DNA of 64,000 nt from Bacteroidota bacterium (GCA_003153435.1 PLYR01000104.1:2796-66795); one strand, 5' to 3'. Positions 28,513-38,776 are shown, counted from the stretch's first letter. Numbers and translations: made by a program. Notes: generated from the letters alone by a model not told the origin.

Positions 28513-29046
28513 TCAAAATCCTTCTTTGGAAGAAGCCTTCTGCTCAATCAGCAATCCTACACAACCTCCATCAACTTCCTGGCTGCTCTTATTCTTTGCG
28601 GTAGTGTTCTTTTCTGCAGTTTTCTTGTTGTCATTTCCCTTGGCGCCTCCAGAAGGTGCTTCGCCACCGGCAGTTACTGTAACGATCACATTTCTTGTGG
28701 TAGCACAGGTGAATTCGATATGCTGAGCCCTATCGTCAGTAGCGTTATCATAGATCACCTCTCCAGTCTTAGCATCCTTGATGGTGATCATTAATTCTCC
28801 TTTGCCGAGAGATTTTTCATTGCACATGCTCAAGGAGTAATCATTGTCTTTGTAGATCACAATCTTTATTTCGGACGACATCCCATATTCAAAAAGTCCG
28901 CTTTTTGACTGGGAATTGTACACCCAGCCCTGATCAGCTCCTGATTTGCATGCTTTCTTGTGATAACCCGTACAGGATTGTCCAAAGACTGAACCCGCTG
29001 AAAGGAGAAGGGCTGCGAAAAGGATGGAGAAAATTGATTTGTTCAT
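28513..29046 (-). CDS. hypothetical secreted protein (signal peptide, Cys-containing, Lys/Gly-rich tail)
   Basis: Signal peptide MNKSIFSILFAALLLSAGSVFGQ. It is the last gene of a three-gene minus-strand cluster. Confidence 0.5.
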   Translation of the reverse strand: MNKSIFSILFAALLLSAGSVFGQSCTGYHKKACKSGADQGWVYNSQSKSGLFEYGMSSEIKIVIYKDNDYSLSMCNEKSLGKGELMITIKDAKTGEVIYDNATDDRAQHIEFTCATTRNVIVTVTAGGEAPSGGAKGNDNKKTAEKNTTAKNKSSQEVDGGCVGLLIEQKASSKEGF

Positions 29047-29067
29047 GAGGAATGAATTGAGTCGTGA

Positions 29068-29979
29068 TTAGTTCTGAGTAATAGATTTGCGAATAGCAGA
29101 AGTCTTGTCCACAATAACCTTATAGAGTTCGGACGTTATGCCAATCTTTCCAGTACCACCGCCCAGGACACGTTTTCCTTTTTTACCGCTCAAAGTGACT
29201 GGCCCTTTGGGATCTTCAATTTTATCAAAATCTGATTTTAAATCAACCAATTGTTTTAATACAGAGGCTACGTCTGCATCGCTCTGATATTTTTTCATAA
29301 AATCGATCAGATTATCCAGCGTGTATTTCTGTTCAGCTACACGGGTAATCACTGGACTGTCTTTTTTATAGGTTGGCTCCATACTGGTCACCATGAAAAC
29401 ACTCTCAATCCACCCTCCAGCCATAACCAAAGCAAGCGTGTTTCCTCTTTCATTGCTTTCCAGGTGATCAAAAGTTGTGAAGTATAAATCATTTGAAATT
29501 GCAGCAAGTGAATCAGGAGAACCGATATTGGCTGAGATACGAGTGGCAGTCTGTTCATTGATGGCAGTTGAAATACCAATTTCATCTCCCAGCTTTTTGA
29601 TATCCACAAAGTATTTCAACGCTTCTGCACCGTGATTGAAGGTGCTGCAAAACAACAGATCGGCAGAATAAACACCAAAATTCAAGGAGCGAGATTTATT
29701 ATCATTGTATTTTTTCTTGTTTTCCGTGCTATTGAGTTTGGATACGTCATCCACACCCTTCGTTCCCAACTGTTTAATAAACGAAAACATTTCACCTGGA
29801 GAAGGAACCTGAGAATATTTCTGGACTTCTCCCGGGTTTTTAGGGGTAGGCTTAGAGGCTGTGGTATCTATTGGGGTCTCCGTGTTATCAGAAGCAGTTT
29901 TATTACCACATCCGAAAGAAAGAAGGGAGGCAGTGATTAAAACAGGAGCGATTTGTGAGAAAATTGTGACCTTCTTCAT
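29068..29979 (-). CDS. hypothetical lipoprotein
   Basis: Lipobox-like ...LLSFGCGN after the signal peptide. Real start uncertain (the lipobox sits ~20 residues into the ORF). No recognisable domain. Confidence 0.5.
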   Translation of the reverse strand: MKKVTIFSQIAPVLITASLLSFGCGNKTASDNTETPIDTTASKPTPKNPGEVQKYSQVPSPGEMFSFIKQLGTKGVDDVSKLNSTENKKKYNDNKSRSLNFGVYSADLLFCSTFNHGAEALKYFVDIKKLGDEIGISTAINEQTATRISANIGSPDSLAAISNDLYFTTFDHLESNERGNTLALVMAGGWIESVFMVTSMEPTYKKDSPVITRVAEQKYTLDNLIDFMKKYQSDADVASVLKQLVDLKSDFDKIEDPKGPVTLSGKKGKRVLGGGTGKIGITSELYKVIVDKTSAIRKSITQN

Positions 29980-30091
29980 GGCGGTTCGGGATTATAATGC
30001 GAGCAAAAATAGAATAATTTTCAATTCTTAAGGCTATTTATACAAAATCATATCATAAATGTACCGAGCAAGGGTCACTTCCAGGTAAAAT

Positions 30092-31294
30092 TTACTGCGC
30101 TGCGGCTTTCAGTGCAGATTTTAATGCATCTAAGTTTGATTCTTTCAGGCTGACTTTTTCTTTAGCTTCGGCTGAAGTGGTAAATTGCTCTGAATAAAAA
30201 TAAATCTTGCCTTCTTTTTCCCCATAAACCACCAGAGAAGCCTGCTTCCCAAGAGGCAAGTGAGGGAATAATAGTTCTTTGGATTCGGGTACCAGCACAG
30301 CATCTAGCACCTTACTTTCCCCACCTACAATGATCCTGGCAGTTACAGGGAAGTTAGCAGAAACTTTAAGAGAAAGACTTCCTTTGGCAGGTGCTTTGTC
30401 TGGAGCAGCACAAGCAATCCAGTGAAGTACAGGGGAGGAGATCGTATACTGATGATCAACATGGGCCGCAGCGTTAATAGGGTCAAAAGCATGCAAAATA
30501 AGCAGACCATCTGTCAATTCTCCGGTATATAAAGCAGCATCGCTCAACTCCTGAGTGTTCTGGAAGTTAATACTGATCATTTTGCCTTTTTTTAGTCGGA
30601 CTTCCTTATTTCCACAAATGGCCTTTACCCATAAAATACCGGCAGCATTCAAACTTTCATTATCACTCATAGTAATCAACCCTCCACCAGAGATATCAGA
30701 GAGTTTCGGGAATTCCTGGATCTCTAATTTAATATCACTGACAACGGCCAGTCCATTCTTATATTCAAAGGAGCCCGGAGTGAATTTAAGAACCGTTCCT
30801 CCAGCACAATTAACTGAAATATCCTGGAGGGCTGAAGGGAAAGAAAAAACCTGTTTGGCCGGATACTGCAGATCCAGCTCATTGGCCCTGGAATACTGAG
30901 CTGTGCTCAAGGCTTTGTATACTTCAATATCATATACCAAAAGGTTCTTCATATCATCACTGATGAACCCTTTAACTTCCCTGCCTGGAGTCTTGATTAC
31001 TTTTAAATTGGAAGCAGGAATTCCTTCCTGCAGAAAAAAGTTAGTAATTTCTAAAGAACGCTTCCTGTTCAGCTCATTGATCAATCCCTTATTTTTCGCC
31101 TCGTCATGAATTAGGATTCGGATTGAAATTTTGTCCCCCGCATGCATCCCATCCAGGCATTTTTGAAGCAAATCAACATTTTCATTGCTCAGTCTGAAAC
31201 TGTCAATCGGAAAATACAGATTTCTTGCCAGTGTTTGACTTGTAAGCTGAAGACAGGAAAGAGCCAGAACCAGTAGGAAAATAAGACGTTTCAT
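30092..31294 (-). CDS. hypothetical secreted protein with degenerate N-terminal OmpA-like (peptidoglycan-associated) domain
   Basis: Signal peptide. The region IRILIHDEAKNKGLINELNRKRSLEITNFFLQEGIPASNLKV has the spacing of the OmpA_C core (GHTD..G....N..LS..RA..V..YL...GI). Confidence 0.5.
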   Translation of the reverse strand: MKRLIFLLVLALSCLQLTSQTLARNLYFPIDSFRLSNENVDLLQKCLDGMHAGDKISIRILIHDEAKNKGLINELNRKRSLEITNFFLQEGIPASNLKVIKTPGREVKGFISDDMKNLLVYDIEVYKALSTAQYSRANELDLQYPAKQVFSFPSALQDISVNCAGGTVLKFTPGSFEYKNGLAVVSDIKLEIQEFPKLSDISGGGLITMSDNESLNAAGILWVKAICGNKEVRLKKGKMISINFQNTQELSDAALYTGELTDGLLILHAFDPINAAAHVDHQYTISSPVLHWIACAAPDKAPAKGSLSLKVSANFPVTARIIVGGESKVLDAVLVPESKELLFPHLPLGKQASLVVYGEKEGKIYFYSEQFTTSAEAKEKVSLKESNLDALKSALKAAAQ

Positions 31295-31414
31295 AGAATG
31301 GAGCTGATGGATCTGGTCAAATATATGACAAAATGTTCAACCGGAGTTTATGGAATCCTGTTTTCCAGTGCATCATAGGGGAAAATCCGGTATTCACCTT
31401 CTAAAAAAGAAACC

Positions 31415-32461
31415 ATGACCAACAACGACATCTTCCAAAGAATCAGTATTCCAGAGCCCTGCCATGAGAACTGGAACCAAATGACACCCGATCAAAAAGG
31501 TGCTTTTTGCAAGGTTTGCAATAAATCTGTTCATGATTTTAGCCAGAAAACGGCCCTCGAAGTGGAAGAAATATTAGTAAAAGAGGGAGAAGGAAAAGTA
31601 TGTGGACGGTTCAGCACTCACCAGCTCGCACCCCCAAAGGATTTAGAAATACCATACAATCTGCTACCTAGAAATATCTCTCCATTCAGAGCATTTGCAT
31701 TAGCAGTATTCCTTGTTTTTGGTACAGCTTTGTTTGGAATCGTTGATGCGTCCGGGCAGGAATTGATGGGAAAGGTTTGCATTCGTAAGACTCCTCCGGA
31801 GCCTGTCAAGAAGACGGAGCAATCAGAAATGATCAAGGGAGATGTCAAGCGGATTGAAAAAGTAAAGCCAACGGAAGAACATACCATGAAAACAATGGGA
31901 GTTGTTTCCAGGAAGCCTGTTGTTCCAAAGTCAGAGGTTCCATTGATTAACACCGGTGATAATGATACAGTCAGCACAAAGAAAAAAGCTATACTAGCAG
32001 TACAACCGAAGACTGTATCAGATCCCATCATTGGTTGCGATAATTATACGGTAGGCGAAATGGTTATTCAACCCTTTAAAAAAGACACGGTTATAGCTCA
32101 AAAAGTAATTGAATCTGACAAGAAATCTATAAAAGACTCAATTCCTGCGGAAGAGAAGGTCCGGAAAGTGGAGGAGCCTAACATGGTTCCTGATGAAGCA
32201 TCTTTAGCAATCTCCTGTTTCCCGAATCCAAGCAATGGCAACGTTACTCTTCGCTACTCGGTTACTGATCGAACAGATGTTACCGCTGAGCTAGTGGATG
32301 TTCAGGGACGACTCGTCAAAACCCTCTTTCGTGTTCCAGGTCATTACCAGGGAATCTATAATGTAGCGCTCGACTTGAATGACCTGCCAAATGGTGCTTA
32401 CCTGGTTAGGGTAATTATGTTGAATCAAACCCTTACTACCCGGTTTATCTTAAATAAATAG
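31415..32461 (+). CDS. hypothetical type-II-anchored protein: N-terminal Cys/His zinc-ribbon-like segment, single TM helix, Lys/Pro/Val-rich spacer, C-terminal T9SS sorting domain
   Basis: CHENW...CKVCNKSVH motif, a TM segment (FALAVFLVFGTALFGIV) ~85 aa from the start rather than an N-terminal signal peptide, and a C-terminal ISCFPNPSNGNVTLRYS...GAYLVRVIMLNQTLTTRFILNK resembling the T9SS CTD. Confidence 0.55.
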   Translation: MTNNDIFQRISIPEPCHENWNQMTPDQKGAFCKVCNKSVHDFSQKTALEVEEILVKEGEGKVCGRFSTHQLAPPKDLEIPYNLLPRNISPFRAFALAVFLVFGTALFGIVDASGQELMGKVCIRKTPPEPVKKTEQSEMIKGDVKRIEKVKPTEEHTMKTMGVVSRKPVVPKSEVPLINTGDNDTVSTKKKAILAVQPKTVSDPIIGCDNYTVGEMVIQPFKKDTVIAQKVIESDKKSIKDSIPAEEKVRKVEEPNMVPDEASLAISCFPNPSNGNVTLRYSVTDRTDVTAELVDVQGRLVKTLFRVPGHYQGIYNVALDLNDLPNGAYLVRVIMLNQTLTTRFILNK

Positions 32462-32554
32462 GAAAAGGCTGGGCCGGATCGGAGGATTTAAACTTTTGTT
32501 CGGCCCACTTGCTTTTCTTACCTTTGTTTAGCGTCCCCGCAACAAAGGAAAAAA

Positions 32555-33271
32555 ATGAAACATCTTACCAGATTATTAATTGGGACGTGGCTTTGTATGG
32601 CCGGCATCCTGCCTGCCAAAGCAATTTACACCACTAATCCTTCTTCTCAGCGCGATTCCGTAGTCCGAATTTCAGTAGGAGGAGGGATGGTATTCTCCAC
32701 TGTAAATGTTGGATTGGAACCTGTGGGGGAAATCAAATCGGCAATCAATGGAAGGTTGAATGTAAAGTTTAGAAGAAGACTGGGGCTTTCAACCGAGTTT
32801 ACCAATCAATTCCAACATGATGCCCTCCCGGCCTGGGGGATGATTTCTTCCAGAACCTTCGATTTTAACCTAAACTACATGTATTTTCATGTGGCTCAAA
32901 CCAGTTCCATGTTCTATGGGCTGATCGGAGCTTGTTTCCAACAATGGAAGGGTACCTATCTGGGTACTCCTGCCTTTGCCAAGGATATCTATGATTACCA
33001 TATTGGGGAACAGAAAAGCTTTAATTTCCCAAGCGTTAACCTGGGTATAGGGTTTGAACGTTTCTACAAACATGTAGGGATATTCGGAGAGTTTAAGTTC
33101 AGGTTCGGCCAGAACTTTGTTTCTGATTCATTTGGTATAGTCGATGTCTGTGTCAGCCTGGGGACTAAAATCAATCTTATTACCGTTGATCCCAGGCCCA
33201 GAACATCCTCTACTTCTAAAAATCGTAACCATAAAATGAAGATTAAACCCAAAATTTATCACTGGTTTTAA
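32555..33271 (+). CDS. hypothetical outer-membrane beta-barrel (porin-like) protein
   Basis: Signal peptide ...LPAKA, amphipathic beta-strand pattern, terminal aromatic residue. Confidence 0.5.
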   Translation: MKHLTRLLIGTWLCMAGILPAKAIYTTNPSSQRDSVVRISVGGGMVFSTVNVGLEPVGEIKSAINGRLNVKFRRRLGLSTEFTNQFQHDALPAWGMISSRTFDFNLNYMYFHVAQTSSMFYGLIGACFQQWKGTYLGTPAFAKDIYDYHIGEQKSFNFPSVNLGIGFERFYKHVGIFGEFKFRFGQNFVSDSFGIVDVCVSLGTKINLITVDPRPRTSSTSKNRNHKMKIKPKIYHWF

Positions 33272-33344
33272 TCAGTTGTGTGATCCAAATAAACTTCCCG
33301 GTTTACCACTCATCAAGTATTTCATCCCTTTTTTGTAATTCTTC

Positions 33345-33352
33345 TACCTTTG
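33345..33352 (+). promoter_or_regulatory. -7 promoter element TACCTTTG upstream of the BNR/sortilin-like gene
   Basis: TAnnTTTG match, 22 nt upstream of the ATG at 33374. The ORF track's TTG start at 33350 falls inside this motif, which supports 33374 as the true start. Confidence 0.35.
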
Positions 33353-33373
33353 GTGAAGTCCAAAACTTCCACC

Positions 33374-36300
33374 ATGAAAAACATTTCCTATTTCTTCTTG
33401 TGTTTAGTGTCATTCCCAATCCATGATGCCCTTGCGCAGACTAAAGGACCAGGCAAGCAGCCGGCCTCCGAAGTATCAGCTTTTAACAGCGGGACTTTCG
33501 CAGGTCTAAGCTTACGGAATGTTGGCCCAGCGGTCACCTCCGGCAGAATCCTGGATATTGCAGTGAATCCGAAGAAACATAGTGAATACTACCTCGCAAC
33601 TGCAGGCGGAGGAGTATGGAAAACCATTAATTCGGGGATTACCTTTTACCCTGTATTCGACAAAGAAGCTTCCTTTTCCATAGGCTGTATCAGCCTGGAT
33701 CCTTCAAATCCAAACATTGTCTGGGTAGGAACCGGTGAAAATAATAATCAAAGAAGCGTCTCTTATGGAGATGGTATTTACAAATCCGAAGATGGGGGAA
33801 AGTCCTTTAAAAACATGGGGCTTAAGAATTCAGAGCATATAGGCATGATTACGGTTGACCCACATAATTCCGAGATCGTGTATGTTGCTGCCTATGGCCC
33901 ACTTTGGTCTTCAGGTGGTGACAGAGGGATTTATAAAACCATTGACGGAGGAAAGACCTGGAAGCAGGTGCTCTCCATAAGCGAGAATACAGGATGTAAT
34001 GAGATTCACTTAGACCCCAGGAATAGCCAGGTGCTTTATGCATGTGCCCATCAGCGTAGAAGACATGAATGGACCTATATCAGCGGTGGTCCGGAATCAT
34101 CACTTTATAAGAGTATAGACGCAGGACAGACCTGGAATAAGATAGTGAACGGGTTTCCTTCAGAGGATCTTGGTCGTATTGGCCTGGCAATTTCACCGGT
34201 GAATCCAGACTTCCTTTATGCAATTGTAGAAACAGCAGGAGATAAAGGTGGGGTTTTCGTTTCTACCGACAGGGGTGCGAGCTGGGATCGTCGAAACCCA
34301 ATGTATACAGCAGGGAATTATTACTCTGAAATTATTGCTGATCCAGTAAATCTGCACCGCATCTATGTTTTGAATACAATCAATCAGGTCTCGGATGATG
34401 GGGGGAAAACTTTTTCTGCCCTCGGTGAAAAGGATAAGCATGTTGATAACCATGCATTATGGATTGATCCATCCAATACTAAACATTACCTCGCCGGATG
34501 CGACGGGGGGCTTTATGAAAGCTATGATGGTGCCCAGAACTGGAATTTTAAAGGAAACCTGCCCATTACTCAGTTCTATAAAGTGGCCCTCGACAATGCA
34601 ACTCCATTCTATAATATATATGGTGGAACACAAGACAATAATAGTCTGGGTGGCCCTTCCAGAACCGTAAGTGCTTCCGGAATCATTAATGCCGATTGGT
34701 TCGTAACGACTGGGGGAGATGGATTTGAATCTCAGGTTGATCCACAGGATCCGAATATAGTTTATGCTCAATCTCAGTATGGAGGCTTGGTGCGTTATGA
34801 TAGAAAGAGTGGTGAAGCTATTGATATTAAACCTATAGAAGGTGCCGGTGAGCCAGGTCTAAGATGGAACTGGGATGCTCCTTTGCAAGTAAGCGCCCAT
34901 CAACATACACGCATTTATTTTGCAGCTAACAAACTTTTCAGAAGTGATGACAGAGGTGATAATTGGCACGCCATTAGTCCCGATCTGACACGGCAGCTGG
35001 ACAGAAATAAACTTCCGGTTATGGGTAAAGTCTGGAGCATAGATGCAGTAGCCAAAAACCAAAGTACTTCCATTTATGGAAATATCCTGGCATTCAGCGA
35101 ATCACCAATAAAAGAGGATCTTTTGTATGCCGGGACTGATGATGGATTAATTCAGATTACTTCAGATGGAGGAAAGAACTGGTCGCGAGTGGATAAGTTT
35201 CCAGGTATACCGGAGTATAGCTTTGTTGGATTTTTGCTTGCTTCCCAACATAAAGAAAGTGTGGTGTATGCAGCGTTTAATAATCACCGCATGGGAGATT
35301 TTAAACCCTATATCTTCAAGAGCACCGATCAGGGTAAAAGCTGGATTAGTATCAGCTCGAATCTCCCTGAAAGAGGATCAGTGTATAGCATTGCAGAAGA
35401 CTTTGTAAACCCGGACCTCCTATTTGCAGGCACTGAATTTGGATTATTTTTCAGTGTAGACGGCGGAAAGAAATGGACCCAATTGAAAGGAGGAATGCCT
35501 ACTGTACCCGTACGTGACCTTGCTATTCAGAAACGTGAAAGCGATTTGGTTCTGGCCTCTTTTGGTAGAGGATTCTATGTGCTTGATGATTATTCACCCC
35601 TTCGTACTGTCAATGCGGAGTTACTGAATCAGGCAGCATGCATCTTTCCAATTAAGGACGGTTTGATGTTTATACCATCTACTCCCTATGGTCACAGGGG
35701 AAAAGCATTCCAGGGTGAAAGCTTTTATACTGCCGAGAATCCTCCAATCGGAGCGATATTCACATATTACCTTAAAGACAATCTTAAAACACTGAAGCAG
35801 ACCCGGGAAGAACTGGAAAAGGAAAAAATTAAGAAAGGAGAACCGGTGGATTATCCTTCTTTTGATGCCATTAGGGCAGAGGATAATGAAGAGGCTCCGT
35901 ACCTTCTCTTTACCATCACAGATGAGAACAACAAGGTAATCCGTAGAATAAAAAGTGAAGGCAATAAAGGAATTAGCAGAATTACCTGGGACTTCAGATA
36001 TCCAAGCCCAAGTCCTTCTACCTACCCTGAACCTGATCTTAGTAATCCTTACTCAGACCCGGATCAGGGTCCGCTCGTATTACCTGGGAAATATGCCGTA
36101 GCACTTTCCAAATTCGAAGGGGGTAAATTCACTGAGCTTGTTCCCGCTCAGAAGTTTCAGACACAAGGACTGAATTTTGCCACCTTAGCTGCTCAGGATA
36201 AAAAATCTGTTTTGGCTTTCAACCAGAAAGTTGCAGAATTGAAAAGGGCGTTTAATGGATCAACCGCATACATGGAAGAGATGGAGAACCGGGTTGCTAA

Positions 36301-36670
36301 AATGCAAAAGTCAATCCTTAACAGTACTATAGCATCCCTTGCTATTTTGGATGAAACCAGATCCATTTCGATGGGACTGAAAAAACTTGAAGTAAAAGCA
36401 CAGGGTGATAAGAGTATTGCGAAGCGCGAATTTGAGGTGGCACCAAGTCTGAGTAACCGGGTTGATAACATTGTCTACAGTGCCTGGTTTGCTTCTTGTG
36501 ATCCAACAGGTACCTGCAAAAAGTCATTTGAAGTTGCTAAAACAGAATTCAGGACTTTCCTTGATGAATTGAAGGCTCTGGATACCAGACTCGGTAAAGT
36601 TGAAAAAGAACTTGAGCAAGATAAGACCCCATACACACCCGGAAGGTTCCCTGAATGGAAAGAGGAATAA
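33374..36670 (+). CDS. BNR/Asp-box repeat, sortilin/VPS10-like beta-propeller protein (often annotated glycosyl hydrolase BNR repeat / WD40-YVTN-BNR-like)
   Basis: Signal peptide MKNISYFFLCLVSFPIHDALAQ. Multiple Asp-box motifs (SxDxGxTW: SEDGGKSF, TIDGGKTW, SIDAGQTW, STDRGASW, SDDGGKTF, SYDGAQNW, STDQGKSW, SVDGGKKW), about 1100 aa. Confidence 0.75.
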   Translation: MKNISYFFLCLVSFPIHDALAQTKGPGKQPASEVSAFNSGTFAGLSLRNVGPAVTSGRILDIAVNPKKHSEYYLATAGGGVWKTINSGITFYPVFDKEASFSIGCISLDPSNPNIVWVGTGENNNQRSVSYGDGIYKSEDGGKSFKNMGLKNSEHIGMITVDPHNSEIVYVAAYGPLWSSGGDRGIYKTIDGGKTWKQVLSISENTGCNEIHLDPRNSQVLYACAHQRRRHEWTYISGGPESSLYKSIDAGQTWNKIVNGFPSEDLGRIGLAISPVNPDFLYAIVETAGDKGGVFVSTDRGASWDRRNPMYTAGNYYSEIIADPVNLHRIYVLNTINQVSDDGGKTFSALGEKDKHVDNHALWIDPSNTKHYLAGCDGGLYESYDGAQNWNFKGNLPITQFYKVALDNATPFYNIYGGTQDNNSLGGPSRTVSASGIINADWFVTTGGDGFESQVDPQDPNIVYAQSQYGGLVRYDRKSGEAIDIKPIEGAGEPGLRWNWDAPLQVSAHQHTRIYFAANKLFRSDDRGDNWHAISPDLTRQLDRNKLPVMGKVWSIDAVAKNQSTSIYGNILAFSESPIKEDLLYAGTDDGLIQITSDGGKNWSRVDKFPGIPEYSFVGFLLASQHKESVVYAAFNNHRMGDFKPYIFKSTDQGKSWISISSNLPERGSVYSIAEDFVNPDLLFAGTEFGLFFSVDGGKKWTQLKGGMPTVPVRDLAIQKRESDLVLASFGRGFYVLDDYSPLRTVNAELLNQAACIFPIKDGLMFIPSTPYGHRGKAFQGESFYTAENPPIGAIFTYYLKDNLKTLKQTREELEKEKIKKGEPVDYPSFDAIRAEDNEEAPYLLFTITDENNKVIRRIKSEGNKGISRITWDFRYPSPSPSTYPEPDLSNPYSDPDQGPLVLPGKYAVALSKFEGGKFTELVPAQKFQTQGLNFATLAAQDKKSVLAFNQKVAELKRAFNGSTAYMEEMENRVAKMQKSILNSTIASLAILDETRSISMGLKKLEVKAQGDKSIAKREFEVAPSLSNRVDNIVYSAWFASCDPTGTCKKSFEVAKTEFRTFLDELKALDTRLGKVEKELEQDKTPYTPGRFPEWKEE

Positions 36671-36707
36671 GAAAAAGAAAATTGGAATTTATGTCAATTC
36701 CTTAGAT

Positions 36708-37250
36708 TTATTGAGGTAGTGGTCCTGTATAAGTCATACAAGGAATTCCTCCTGTAAAGCAAGGGAAGTGGAAATTGATGTTCAGGTCTGATTTATTGGC
36801 ATTCGTTACATCAAATGTCATCAGGCATTTATCCCACCATTGCTGAAGGCAGGATTCATCCAGCTTTAGGTTTTTTGTTGTTTTGTTTTTGAAACTTTGA
36901 ATGTCCAGCGCTTTTACCTGGTCCTCCACTACTACGCAGTATGTTCCGGCGGGGAGCTGAATACTAAAATATCCAGAGCTGTCTGCCGTAAATTCCCTGA
37001 TGATTGACTTTTCCGTTGAATTTGAAGTTCCGGACCTTACAAAAAGTTTCTTCCCAGAGTAAGGTGCCGGGGTATTTAATTTCTTCAATAGGTCTTCAGG
37101 AGGTCTTGCCCCCCCACAATAGGAATGAGTTTGTGTGATTCGGCCTGAAACCTTAAATTCAAGACCAGTTTGGGAGGCTGCTTTAGGGCCACATGCAATG
37201 ATAAAAGTCAATGCAGTGAATACAAGAATCGATCTCAGTGAATGTGCCAT
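36708..37250 (-). CDS. hypothetical lipoprotein
   Basis: Signal peptide plus lipobox (FIIACG). No recognisable domain. Confidence 0.5.
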   Translation of the reverse strand: MAHSLRSILVFTALTFIIACGPKAASQTGLEFKVSGRITQTHSYCGGARPPEDLLKKLNTPAPYSGKKLFVRSGTSNSTEKSIIREFTADSSGYFSIQLPAGTYCVVVEDQVKALDIQSFKNKTTKNLKLDESCLQQWWDKCLMTFDVTNANKSDLNINFHFPCFTGGIPCMTYTGPLPQ

Positions 37251-37401
37251 TTGAATATACCTTATTTTGTTTTATTAAAGCGAAAGTAAACTATTTTAAG
37301 TCAATATACTTCCATATATCAGGCCACAATTCTCAATAATTTATGCCATTTCTTTCTTTTTCAAGATTAAATGATATTTTTGAAGAGGTAAACTTCAAGG
37401 T

Positions 37402-37896
37402 ATGCCCCAACGTAATGAAACCGATGTTTTATCCGAAGTCATTGATAATACGCGTGAACTTACTTTGTATTATCTAACCAAGCTTAAAGGTGTTGATATT
37501 TATAAAACCTTTACTGCTGGTAGCCAGTCATTCAATAGTGCTTTTTGGATTATGTGTCATATGGCCTGGGCACAAGATTTTTTACTTCTGAAAGCAACCA
37601 ACGGACCAGACCTGAAAATCGCCTGGTTGAACAAATTCAGTATTGGAACATCGTTACCTCCCAGAGAAGAATGCCCTCCGATTAATGAAGTTCTGGAGGC
37701 GATGCAATTAATTCATTTAAAGGCTGTTGCCCACCTAAAGACCTTAACCGGTGATGAACTTAACGAACCCAATCTGATTAACCTCAAGTTTGGGACAGAT
37801 AATAGCAAGCGGGTGTGCATCCTTCACTGCATTCGCCATGAAGGAGTTCATATGGGCCATCTCAGCTGGCTTGCGAAAATGCATGGCGTTAAGTAG
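37402..37896 (+). CDS. DinB/YfiT-like four-helix-bundle metal-dependent hydrolase family protein
   Basis: Size and conserved His positions (CHMAWAQDF, HEGVHMGHL) typical of the DinB_2 family. Confidence 0.6.
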   Translation: MPQRNETDVLSEVIDNTRELTLYYLTKLKGVDIYKTFTAGSQSFNSAFWIMCHMAWAQDFLLLKATNGPDLKIAWLNKFSIGTSLPPREECPPINEVLEAMQLIHLKAVAHLKTLTGDELNEPNLINLKFGTDNSKRVCILHCIRHEGVHMGHLSWLAKMHGVK

Positions 37897-37900
37897 CAGG

Positions 37901-38776
37901 TCAGGCATTGGTCAGAACTGACAATAAGTTTTCCAGCTCTTTTACTTTGGAAGGATAGCCAAGCTTCTCATAAGCGAGAATCAGGTTCCGGAACACCCTT
38001 TTTATAATATCCGCATTTGAACAAGGCTCATAGTAAGCCTGTTCCAGAGGAAGTTTTAACTGTTTCAAAAAAGCATCTATCTCCTTGCTACTGAAAACGG
38101 CTCCTTTGCTAAATGGGTTGATGTAAAAAAGAACTTTGTTAGGACTCTCACCATAAACAGGGAAGTGACTTTCTTCATCAATGTAAGCAAGCACGAAATG
38201 TTCAGGCAGGTTAACACCGTAAATAGGTATGCTTTGGTCTTGTGTGATTATCAGATAAAGGATAGAGAGAGAAAGAGGGTTTCCTTTTTTTGATTCGAGA
38301 ACGTTATTGATGTATGAATTCTGAGGTGCATGGTAATTTGTTGTATTCCCACCAAAGCCGTGCACATCAAACAGGATATGGTTTATTACCCTTACTTTTT
38401 CCAGAGCAGTAAGGTTATTATTCAACTCAAGCCAGACGTCCTGTTTGATCTGATCTATCTGTTTGATGATTTTAGACTCATCCAGGTCTGGATATTGATA
38501 CTTAGCCACCAAGAGAATACCTTTGAGAAGATCTCCCTGTTCAACTCTTGCCCAGTTCACAAGCTGAGCCTCAATATTATCGAACTGAATCTTATGAATG
38601 ATGCCTTCAATCCGGTTCTGAAAGATGGGATCGAATGAATTTTCCCAGGCATGCTCCAGAAAGGGAATGACATTATGCCCGAGGGAAAGCAGTTTTGCCT
38701 CTATCTCCTGGTAAACCGTTTCATCCGGGTCATCTAGCAGGCTTATCAACGCATTTAATTCCTGATCTTTTAGCAT
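37901..38776 (-). CDS. transglutaminase-like superfamily protein (SirB1/UPF0162-like)
   Basis: Composition and length match the YchA/SirB1 family. The call is by family resemblance only. Confidence 0.5.
   Translation of the reverse strand: MLKDQELNALISLLDDPDETVYQEIEAKLLSLGHNVIPFLEHAWENSFDPIFQNRIEGIIHKIQFDNIEAQLVNWARVEQGDLLKGILLVAKYQYPDLDESKIIKQIDQIKQDVWLELNNNLTALEKVRVINHILFDVHGFGGNTTNYHAPQNSYINNVLESKKGNPLSLSILYLIITQDQSIPIYGVNLPEHFVLAYIDEESHFPVYGESPNKVLFYINPFSKGAVFSSKEIDAFLKQLKLPLEQAYYEPCSNADIIKRVFRNLILAYEKLGYPSKVKELENLLSVLTNA

Noticed and set aside
37896-37940. GTCAG-AA-CTGAC palindrome at the convergent junction of the DinB-family and transglutaminase-like genes
   Set aside because: It lies within coding sequence of the minus-strand gene, has a short stem and no T-run. 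Probably coincidental.
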